DNA of 64,000 bases. Origin: a virus. Positions within the stretch are counted from its first letter, which is position 1, and each line of letters starts with the position of its first letter. Location of the stretch: positions 4,156 to 68,155 of the IMG/VR virus record IMGVR_UViG_3300005613_000053, one strand, 5' to 3'. The position numbers and the translations under genes were made by a program. Positions 18,885 to 26,187 of the stretch are shown one piece after another. The notes under the pieces are model-generated. The model saw nothing but the letters and a program-made list of their open reading frames with translations. It was not told the origin of the DNA and ran no database searches.

Positions 18885-19766
18885 CTAATGTCCCCAACCC
18901 ATAGCAGTCTGATATTTTGGCTTCCCATCCCACGGATAAGCCCTGGCATATGACTCTATCTTGATACTACCTCCCGGACTCACCCTTTTGGTCATCTTCG
19001 GCCCACTATACTTGCCAGGTCTTGCCACTACATAATCAGCACCAGCAGAACTCCTAGCTACCTTCTGGTCAACAGGTCTTACTGCTATTGCCTTCTCAGT
19101 TGCCCCTACGACCTCGTAAAAGTCTACATTGGTCTGGTCATAACCCCAGGAAGAATAAAGAATATCTCCCACCTCATAACCATGTCTATACTCCTGACGC
19201 TCCTTTTTGCGCCTCTCCTTATCTTCCAAAATCCTCTGCCTATTCTCAACAGACTTCTTAATCTGCTCATCCCTTTGCTTTTCATTCCTGAACCTGTAAT
19301 GCCAAATAGGTTTAGCAGCCTTTCCCTGGAAGGCTACCCCATACAGTTTCCCTCCCTGCTCATAGGTATAAACCTCCATATCCACACCACGCGGTAACTT
19401 CGCCTTCTCAATACTCTCAGCACCTCTCGCCTGGGTCGGAATAAAACTTGAACGCTCCCACTTTATTCTCGGAAAAGCAGCCAACTCCTTGGCAACCTTT
19501 AAAAGTTCTTCAGCAATCCTATCTCTCATAACATCCTCCTTTATCCTGCCAGCTTCACCCTCTACCACCTTAGCCATCTCTTTCTGGTTGACATCATGTA
19601 AACTCTCCATGTCTTCCAGATACATTCCACCCCAGCTAAGTGTAGTCCTGAGTCTCAGCTTATCGTCCCATATTCCGTCCAGCTCATAATCCGGCCATTC
19701 CGCATCTCGAGCCAATATCTCATGGGACGCTTTTAGCAGCTCTTTAGCTACCCTGCGCCTATCCAT
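18885..19766 (-). CDS. Fusion of two tagged cassettes; C-terminal GDILYSSWGYDQTNVDFYEV domain
   Basis: Tag at the N-terminus and again at an internal ATG (19529) with its own AGGAGG SD. Confidence 0.8.
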   Translation of the reverse strand: MDRRRVAKELLKASHEILARDAEWPDYELDGIWDDKLRLRTTLSWGGMYLEDMESLHDVNQKEMAKVVEGEAGRIKEDVMRDRIAEELLKVAKELAAFPRIKWERSSFIPTQARGAESIEKAKLPRGVDMEVYTYEQGGKLYGVAFQGKAAKPIWHYRFRNEKQRDEQIKKSVENRQRILEDKERRKKERQEYRHGYEVGDILYSSWGYDQTNVDFYEVVGATEKAIAVRPVDQKVARSSAGADYVVARPGKYSGPKMTKRVSPGGSIKIESYARAYPWDGKPKYQTAMGWGH

Positions 19767-19769
19767 GAT

Positions 19770-20009
19770 TTAAGCCTTTCCCTGAAGCTCCTCTACGTTC
19801 AACCCAGGCCTGTCGCCTATAGGCATCACAACGCCATTATTCGAACCAATATTCGAGCCAGCGTTCATGGTCTTCTCGGTACCAGTTTGGGCGCCCTTAG
19901 CCACGACCTTAGTCTTGGCATCATCAAAAACCGGTGCTCCGCCTTCAAAAGCAGCCAGTTCACGCTCGTCCTGGTTCTTATCAGTGACATTCTGTATATA
20001 TGTCGGCAT
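19770..20009 (-). CDS. Small hypothetical protein
   Basis: GGAGG SD. Confidence 0.65.
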   Translation of the reverse strand: MPTYIQNVTDKNQDERELAAFEGGAPVFDDAKTKVVAKGAQTGTEKTMNAGSNIGSNNGVVMPIGDRPGLNVEELQGKA

Positions 20010-20131
20010 CTTCCTACCTCCTATTTACATTAACCCTTATATTTACCTACCAATATCAAAGAAAAAATAAGCCCTTTTCGGACCATTTCCCTATCCATAC
20101 ATGTATAAATATAAAAAAATCCTCACAAAAC

Positions 20132-20167
20132 AAAAAAAGGGCCGTTGAGATTTCTCCCAACAGCCCT
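20132..20167 (-). terminator. Intrinsic terminator after the TROVE gene
   Basis: AGGGCUGUUG..CAACGGCCCU followed by a U tract. Confidence 0.85.
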
Positions 20168-20189
20168 CGAAAATGGCCCGTGCCGGCTT

Positions 20190-21974
20190 TTACACCGAGA
20201 CAGTCCATCCCTCTCTAATCTGGTCCACAGTAGGCAGCGGGTCTCCCTCACCACCCTCAGTACGAGCCAACATCGTGAATACCTTCTCCGAGAATCCCGC
20301 AAGCTGGTTAGTCTGCGAATCCTCATCAACAACGGCATCACCCGACCCGTTCAGGTGAATACAATGAAGCCAGGTCTTCTTAGCCTCCTTAGAAGAGGCA
20401 ACATAAGTCGACCATGTATCACACACAGCCTTTACCTCATCATCATAAGACCTTCCCCAGCCACCCCTACTTCCAGCCATACTGGTGTCATCCCAGCACT
20501 GCATATCCGACAGGATTATCACCCTGTCAGGATAGATACCCTTCTTCTTCAACAGGAGAGGAATCTTCCACGCATTGGTATTATGGCCATTGATACCATT
20601 CTTAGGCATCTTTCCAGCTATACCAAGAACACTCTCATTCTTAGTATAATTGATAACCTTGGTATCAGTAGCGAAACCATACACGTACGGCTTCTCAGCA
20701 GCCTTAGCCACTATTCCACACAGAACACTTGCTGCATCAGCACAACTTACTCTGCTCTTACCAGACACCATCGTCGAAGTCATAGACCCCGAAGCATCTG
20801 CGAACACAGCAGTCACACCAGGCAAATCAATATTCCTACAAGCGAAATCAGCAGCCTGCTCAACAGCACCAGCCAACACATTCCTATGTGCACCATCAAC
20901 ACCAGAGATATCCAGTGACTTCAGCGCACTCAGGAACCTGAATGGAAGCTGCTTAGACCTCTCTACAACCTTCTCATTTGAGATAAAAGCCGCCACCTTA
21001 TCTACATGACTCTCGCTTACCTCCGCCTGAAGAATATTCCTCAGGTTCCTCAGCATAGCCATATAGCCCAGAAGCCTCTCATCAATAAGAAACTCCCATA
21101 CTGCCTTCTTCTCATCCGGGAACTGAGAAAGCAAAACCTCCCAGTTCACCATCGAATCCTTAGCGAGTTTCCTCGCCTTCTCATCGAACTTCGAAAGCTG
21201 CAAAAGCTCCTTCCTGGCAGCGATAATAGGTGTTTTACCTGAGTCAGCCACGTGGCCTGTAATGAAATAATTCGCCACGGCATCGTCCAAAGGCCATCCC
21301 TTCTTACGCTTAATCCAGCAAAGCACATCCTTCCATGAAGGAAACTCAGCTCCCTCATACTTCATAAGACCCCTCTCTCCGAACCTTGAAACCGCATCAC
21401 CCAGGCCCATATCAAGACCATGAGACAGCGACTTCATCCCGAAGAAGAACCTATGAAGCAAGAGCACAGTCTTCACCTCATCAGGACGCTTTATAATACA
21501 AGGTGCATACCTACGTACGAGCGTCTTCGTCGACTCAATCTTTGATGCTATCACCAATATGACCTGCGGAGTAAGACGAATATTCATCTCATTCCTCAGC
21601 CAGTTAGCTATAGCCAGAACATCCTCCGGATTCCCGGAATTAGCCACGTCAACTATCGTCGCCACGACCTCCCTGGCCACATCATTAAGCTCATCACACG
21701 AAGCAAAATCCTTCAGCTTGTCATCAACCAACTGAATCCTCTGGACCAGTTTGCCAAACTTTCCACCGCCTACCCTGCTTGGTATACAGGCATCAGCACT
21801 GTAAAACTTAGGCTCAGCGAAAAATGAACCTCCGGTCATAGTCACCAGCTTGAGAGCCGGGTCATTAACCTCAAAAGCCACTCCACCTGCCCTGTTCACA
21901 GTAGCATTAGGCTGTGAGCTAGGCTTCCTACTAGCCTTCGCCTTCTTCCTTGCCATCTTCTGCATCGTACCCAT
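20190..21974 (-). CDS. rsr: Ro60/Rsr-like TROVE-domain RNA-binding protein with C-terminal vWA domain
   Basis: NRAGGVAF, MAMLRNLRN, SKQLPFRF, DASGSM (MIDAS), ILSDMQ, LAGFSE; AAGGAGG SD before ATG 21974. Confidence 0.92.
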   Translation of the reverse strand: MGTMQKMARKKAKASRKPSSQPNATVNRAGGVAFEVNDPALKLVTMTGGSFFAEPKFYSADACIPSRVGGGKFGKLVQRIQLVDDKLKDFASCDELNDVAREVVATIVDVANSGNPEDVLAIANWLRNEMNIRLTPQVILVIASKIESTKTLVRRYAPCIIKRPDEVKTVLLLHRFFFGMKSLSHGLDMGLGDAVSRFGERGLMKYEGAEFPSWKDVLCWIKRKKGWPLDDAVANYFITGHVADSGKTPIIAARKELLQLSKFDEKARKLAKDSMVNWEVLLSQFPDEKKAVWEFLIDERLLGYMAMLRNLRNILQAEVSESHVDKVAAFISNEKVVERSKQLPFRFLSALKSLDISGVDGAHRNVLAGAVEQAADFACRNIDLPGVTAVFADASGSMTSTMVSGKSRVSCADAASVLCGIVAKAAEKPYVYGFATDTKVINYTKNESVLGIAGKMPKNGINGHNTNAWKIPLLLKKKGIYPDRVIILSDMQCWDDTSMAGSRGGWGRSYDDEVKAVCDTWSTYVASSKEAKKTWLHCIHLNGSGDAVVDEDSQTNQLAGFSEKVFTMLARTEGGEGDPLPTVDQIREGWTVSV

Positions 21975-22052
21975 TCTGCACCTCCTTATTTGAAGCGTAG
22001 CCACACATTGTAGCTACCAATTAATAATCACCGTTTCCACTCAGTCACGGCA

Positions 22053-22085
22053 ATAAAAAAGCCGAATACCCTTAGGTACTCGGCC
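22053..22085 (-). terminator. Intrinsic terminator after the tRNA
   Basis: GCCGAGUACC-UAAG-GGUAUUCGGC followed by U6. Confidence 0.85.
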
Positions 22086-22089
22086 TTCA

Positions 22090-22164
22090 TGGTAGCGGGA
22101 GACGGATTCGAACCGCCGACCTCCAGGTTATGAGCCTAGCGAGCTGCCGCTGCTCCATCCCGCA
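22090..22164 (-). tRNA. tRNA-Met(CAU), initiator-type, CCA encoded
   Basis: UGCGGGAUGGAGCAGCGGCAGCUCG..CUCAUAA..GGUUCGAAUCC..CCCGCUACCA; 1:72 mismatch. Confidence 0.95.
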
Positions 22165-22174
22165 ATCATAAAAA

Positions 22175-22247
22175 GAACCGACACCAATAATCGTCTAAGG
22201 CTTTGTTTCCTATGAAGAAGTATCCCTAGACTGAAGCGTATCAATCC
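22175..22247 (-). ncRNA. Minimal Y RNA-like RNA
   Basis: GGAUUGAUAC/GUGUCGGUUC closing stem; GCUUCA / GAUUAUUG internal loop; GUCUAGGG/CCUUAGAC stem; GAUACUUC motif; next to the TROVE gene. Confidence 0.7.
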
Positions 22248-22254
22248 AAAAAAC

Positions 22255-22350
22255 ATCAGTACCAGTATCAACCTGTCCGTACAAACAAGTCTTGCCAGGT
22301 GTACGCCCGACTGGCCATCGCTTCTGCGACTGTGGCCATCTAGCACCAAC
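22255..22350 (-). ncRNA. Unknown ~95-nt structured RNA
   Basis: 11-bp terminal stem GUUGGUGCUAG/CUGGUACUGAU; two internal arms; U-rich spacers on both sides. Confidence 0.55.
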
Positions 22351-22364
22351 TAAATAATAATAAA

Positions 22365-22690
22365 AAATCTTCAACTCCAATAGTCGCTTGAGGTAACCGG
22401 AGGCGCCTCGGAAGTAGTTAGTTCCGCGCGTGCTCCTTTACAATTCAGTATTACCTGAAAGGTGCTCCCTTTACGCGGTTGCATACGCCCTTGCCATTCC
22501 TGACAGGGAAGTATCTACATAACCCGTAGACGGTCGCCCGAAGGCAATTTGTCATGCTTCAGCACTCTAACCGAAGAGCTCCACACAACGGATTAACGCT
22601 CACAACCGGCCCGCTTTCACGGTCCTGTATAATGCGTTATTACTGTTTTCAGTATAAGAAGTAACCCCTTACTGAAGCGAGTCAAGATTT
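22365..22690 (-). ncRNA. Long (~325 nt) Y RNA-like RNA with a large multi-hairpin insert
   Basis: Same end motifs as 22175..22247 (CGCUUCAGU..GGGUUACUUCUU and CGACUAUUGG); closing stem AAAUCUUGACUC/GAGUUGAAGAUUU. Confidence 0.7.
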
Positions 22691-22741
22691 TTCCATTTCA
22701 AAGAACTATCATAATATACACGCAGTCTCTGGAAAGTTCAA
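22691..22741 (-). promoter_or_regulatory. Sigma70-type promoter plus boxA-like element
   Basis: TTGAAC-17 nt-TATATT, then GTTCTTTGAAATGG. Confidence 0.7.
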
Positions 22742-22751
22742 CAAAAAAGTT

Positions 22752-22994
22752 TCACTTTTTTATTCTGCTATGTACGTACTCTGCAAGACCCCTACCAGTT
22801 AGTGAATTATTTATATCACTTTCCGGTATTCTCAGACCCATATCATCTTCCAGGTCCATTGCCAATTCCACCGCAGTCATCTCGTCCAATCCGAGAGAAT
22901 TAAGTCCGGCTTCCATATCTACTACTTTAGGCTCCATATTCAGAACATAAGCAATAACATCTCTCACCGCCCCAAATACCTCGTCCGCACTCAT
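22752..22994 (-). CDS. Acyl carrier protein-like protein lacking the phosphopantetheine Ser (LGLDEM)
   Basis: 80 aa acidic; VRDVIA..LGLD[E]..VELAMDLED..GLRIP..T...Y matches the ACP pattern. Confidence 0.8.
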   Translation of the reverse strand: MSADEVFGAVRDVIAYVLNMEPKVVDMEAGLNSLGLDEMTAVELAMDLEDDMGLRIPESDINNSLTGRGLAEYVHSRIKK

Positions 22995-23003
22995 ACGACC
23001 TCC

Positions 23004-23936
23004 TGGTTAGTGTGAAAGAGCAGTTACCCAACATGGGTACACTAAGTTGCAGTCCGCAACCTCTGCTCCAGTAAAAGCCCCTCCAGGGCAAAAAGATACG
23101 ATGACGGAGCGACGGAGGAGTCTACATCCTCTTGCCTTTGTTTCCCTCGCTCCTTTCCCTTTCGGGCGCGTTGTCGCGGTTCGGCGTCCGCTTTGGAGTA
23201 GATTATTCCCCGTCATCGAATTGATGGAGTGTATGGGAATCACCCTTCTGCCATCCTTGTTACCGCCTTACAAAATCTAATAAGTTCACCATCAGTATGA
23301 GAATTCCTTGCATAATTCGCTATAACAGCAATGAACCTAACATTACCTTTTACATAACCCTTACTACTATCTATACGGTCTAAACTAGCCCTATGAGACC
23401 ATTCACATTCAGGCCACTTACCCGTCGTACTTATAGGCAACTCCAACTCCCACCCAGTCAAAGGACACAAACCCTCTTGCTTGTCCCATATAAATTTTAA
23501 ATCCTCTAAAGTTAAATCAACCTCTTTATTCCCACGTCTACCTATTGCTCTCAGCAAGAACCAACGGAATGGTGTATACTCATCCCGCCTATTTTTAGAA
23601 CATAGACCCAAATGCCAATAACCCTCAGAAGGTGTATCTATATGCCTCCTTTTACTAGAACAAGATAAACTACAAAAGTGACGCTGGCCTTTCCTTTCGC
23701 TTCTACTATACTCAGAAAAAGTCTTTTGGAACTCTTTTTTACACTGGAAACACTCAACACTAACCATCTTCCTCATGATACCCTCCTCATCATTAAGAAA
23801 GATATTAGATAATTATTGGAGCAATGGTATTGTTTCATTCCGAATACCATCTTTCCACTCAGTCAACACCCCTTGATAAGATAACTCGCCTACTCAACTA
23901 AAGGTACCCGTGCACAGGCTCCTTCAGCCCCAACCA
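23004..23936 (-). ncRNA. Large unknown structured RNA interrupted by an HNH ORF
   Basis: Nested pairings across the ORF: UGGUUGG/CUAACCA, UGAAGGAGC/GCUCUUUCA, GGGUAC/GUACCC, AGUUG/CAACU, UGCUCCA/UGGAGCA; internal GAUGACGGGG/CUCCGUCAUC. Confidence 0.55.
23240..23776 (-). CDS. HNH/His-Me finger endonuclease with N-terminal Zn finger
   Basis: CFQC..FCSLSC; LCPLTG..SLDRIDSSKGYVKGNV..AN. Confidence 0.85.
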   Translation of the reverse strand: MRKMVSVECFQCKKEFQKTFSEYSRSERKGQRHFCSLSCSSKRRHIDTPSEGYWHLGLCSKNRRDEYTPFRWFLLRAIGRRGNKEVDLTLEDLKFIWDKQEGLCPLTGWELELPISTTGKWPECEWSHRASLDRIDSSKGYVKGNVRFIAVIANYARNSHTDGELIRFCKAVTRMAEG

Positions 23937-23961
23937 TCCTTAAACCTCAACGAGTTAAAAT

Positions 23962-24330
23962 TGGTGGACGTGGGGAGATTTGAACTCCCGTCCTGAACGG
24001 GCTTACCATATGCCTCTACGTGTGTATCTGAATTTACAGTAATCAGAAACTGTTTGTCCGTCTTCCCGAACTGCCATCCCGTCTTTCCGGACTGTCAATG
24101 GTCTTACCCGATTGTCAGAGCTGTCTGTTAGACCTCAAGGCTTACTTGCTCACGCTCGCCTGTTTTGGCTCGGTTGCTTACGCAGCAGCGAGAGCCGGAG
24201 CTCTCTCTGCACCGAAAAGATTGATAACGTTGCCGTTTATCAGTTTGTACCAGATGATTTACGAGGCCAACTGGAATCCTCGACACGCAGCGTATGACTT
24301 GCATCCGACAGTCGAATCCTTGTCACGCCC
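23962..24330 (-). ncRNA. ssrA: tmRNA, tag (A)GNVINLFGAERAPALAAA
   Basis: 5' GGGCGUGACAAGGAUUCGAC; G3-U70 pair; pk1; resume context AUAAAC-GGC; tag ends LAAA*; 3' GUUCAAAUC..UCCACCA. Confidence 0.95.
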
Positions 24331-24339
24331 AAAATTAGG

Positions 24340-24577
24340 CCTGCCTCTCCCCTTTCGGAGGTTTGTGCTCCACGATACATCTTGCGGTCCGGTTTTTCCC
24401 TCGCGGTACTTTGCCGTGTCCGCCTGACCACCAACGCGCAGGCGACGTTGGGGCTTCAAAGCATGGGGACGAATGGTTTCCCTTGCCGGTACTCACACCC
24501 ATCAACTCCACCACCCAGGTCTGGCCCGTTACCTTCCTTCTGCTTGACTACCTGGGACACAGAAGACTTTAGGCAAA
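24340..24577 (-). ncRNA. Unknown ~240-nt RNA with two pseudoknots and two loop-E/GNRA hairpins
   Basis: Closing UUUGCCU/AGGCAGG; CUUCUG/CAGAAG crossed with CCCAGGU/ACCUGGG; CCAACG/CGUUGG crossed with CGCCUG/CAGGCG; AGUACC-GGCAA/GCGA-GGGAAA twice. Confidence 0.6.
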
Positions 24578-24582
24578 TGTTT

Positions 24583-24800
24583 TGGCCGCCGAAACGGCCA
24601 TCCCGGCTTTCAAACAGTCAACAGTGAAATCGCCATTGGTTGTATGAACGATATACTTAAATTAACCACTATCAGTCGGATAAAATATAATGGAGGCTGT
24701 AAGAACGGTAGTCCCGACAATACGCGACTGTATTTTTTCACCTTCTGCCCGGCCTCGCAAAATACTGCGATAACTGCCAAGCACAATCTCCAGTGCTCCA
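24583..24800 (-). ncRNA. Unknown structured RNA or operon leader
   Basis: GGCAGUUA/UGACUGUU, GGUGAAA/UUUCACU, CAGUCG/CGACUG, UCGCA/UGCGA with loop GUAUUU complementary to AAAUAC. Confidence 0.4.
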
Positions 24801-24808
24801 AATCCTTA

Positions 24809-24869
24809 TTCCATTTTCAATGAACATGCCCTAATATCGCGAAACTTCACGTAAAAGGGAATTAAAAAA
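24809..24869 (-). promoter_or_regulatory. ATTCC-N16-CGCGATA promoter-like motif plus boxA-like element
   Basis: Same motif at 28040-28067 and 28863-28891; GTTCATTGAAAATGG downstream. Confidence 0.6.
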
Positions 24870-25250
24870 TCAATCTTTTTTCAACGCCCTCTTCAAGAAC
24901 CCCGGCTTCGTCTTATCAGCCGACTCTTCTTTCCCCTCTAAAACGTCTTTAATAGAGCCCTTCAGTTCAGTACCCTCTATCGACATAACCTCATTACCAG
25001 CCATATCAACTACCTTACCCGGGACTATAATCTCCCCGGCCTTCCGGCGTCTCTCAGTATCTTCCCTGTGTCTCTCAACCTGTTCCCACTTCCTATAAGT
25101 CCTGGCCTCCATCCATCTGCCATCTATCAGCACCACCAGCACCCACTTAACAGGACCCAAGTTCTTGGCAATATTATTGGCCTTCTTTATGGCCTTCTGC
25201 CTGGCCTTCTTCTTCTGTTGTTTTCTAACTTGCGCTTTCGTTCTCGACAT
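24870..25250 (-). CDS. Basic hypothetical protein
   Basis: GGAGG SD; upstream TTTAAC-17-TATAGT promoter-like sequence. Confidence 0.7.
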   Translation of the reverse strand: MSRTKAQVRKQQKKKARQKAIKKANNIAKNLGPVKWVLVVLIDGRWMEARTYRKWEQVERHREDTERRRKAGEIIVPGKVVDMAGNEVMSIEGTELKGSIKDVLEGKEESADKTKPGFLKRALKKD

Positions 25251-25315
25251 AATAACCTCCCAGCATCACAACACTATACACACCGGGGACATAATGTTAA
25301 ACGAAAAAAAATGAA

Positions 25316-25660
25316 TTAGCTTACTCTCATCAGATTCATACGTGTGAGTTCAGTCTCTACATTATCACCACATTCAAGAGTAGCCATTGCAACGGCTTCT
25401 AAATTCCTATCCTTATCAGAGCCTAAAAATGAATTACAAGATATCACCCTACCAGAACTATTTGCAGCTCTCTTACCAAGTTCAGAAGCAGTCTTCCGGG
25501 CCTGCTCTATCAGCGTCTTAACCCTCTCCTTACTGCTCTCAGAAGCACTCAATCTCACCCATATAGAGACAGTGCCATCCTCATTCTTTACCCAGTAAGT
25601 TCTTCTAGGCTTACCGCTCACCATAACACTCGCCATGGCAAACATATCACGCATCCTCAT
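25316..25660 (-). CDS. Hypothetical protein
   Basis: GGAGG SD. Confidence 0.65.
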   Translation of the reverse strand: MRMRDMFAMASVMVSGKPRRTYWVKNEDGTVSIWVRLSASESSKERVKTLIEQARKTASELGKRAANSSGRVISCNSFLGSDKDRNLEAVAMATLECGDNVETELTRMNLMRVS

Positions 25661-25673
25661 TATACCGCCTCCA

Positions 25674-26099
25674 TCAGAGCTGCGACTCGAGCCTCAAATG
25701 CTCAACAAGCTCTCCTTTGAGAGCCTCCGCTCTGACTTTCTTTATTGCAGCTGACAGCTTCTTCATGTCATAAGGAACATTACCATCAAGTTTTATATCC
25801 TCAATCTCAGCTATCGCCTCTTGACTAAAATCATCCATAGGTAATGCATATACCGACAACCTACCCTTTTTATCAAAATGCACATTGATTTCTAGGAAGT
25901 CCTTCTTACTCTCCATCGTCCAGCTATCCCCCAGGGTCGACCTTATAATCATAGGGTCTAATCTATAACCATATTTCCTGGCAATAATTTTCAGGATACT
26001 CCTATCATTAATGACGCTATACTCACCCTCATCAGCCACAATCTCTGTAGCCAAAACATGCGAAAGCGCCACTCTATGAGCTATTTCCGATTCCCTCAT
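25674..26099 (-). CDS. Hypothetical protein, tag variant (MRESEIAHRVA)
   Basis: AGGAGG SD before ATG 26099. Confidence 0.7.
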   Translation of the reverse strand: MRESEIAHRVALSHVLATEIVADEGEYSVINDRSILKIIARKYGYRLDPMIIRSTLGDSWTMESKKDFLEINVHFDKKGRLSVYALPMDDFSQEAIAEIEDIKLDGNVPYDMKKLSAAIKKVRAEALKGELVEHLRLESQL

Positions 26100-26187
26100 C
26101 AAAATCCTCCTAAATTCTGCCACTACCTATGTAAAAAATATCAAAAAAAGTTAAGGTATTAGACCCTTCACATCACCATTATGAATC

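Noticed and set aside
23004-23936. Canonical group I or II intron, or IscB/omega RNA
   Set aside because: No clear P7 or domain V signature, no interrupted flanking gene identified, and the ORF lacks RuvC motifs; left as unknown RNA
24340-24577. RNase P or SRP RNA identity for the RNA next to tmRNA
   Set aside because: No GAGGAAAGUCC / CGGCUUA P4 signature and no SRP CAGG-GNRA-AGCAG motif
22128-24801. Short ORFs 22128..22349, 23007..23243, 24240..24434, 24259..24459, 24610..24801
   Set aside because: They overlap tRNA, tmRNA or strongly paired RNA structures and lack convincing SD or codon bias
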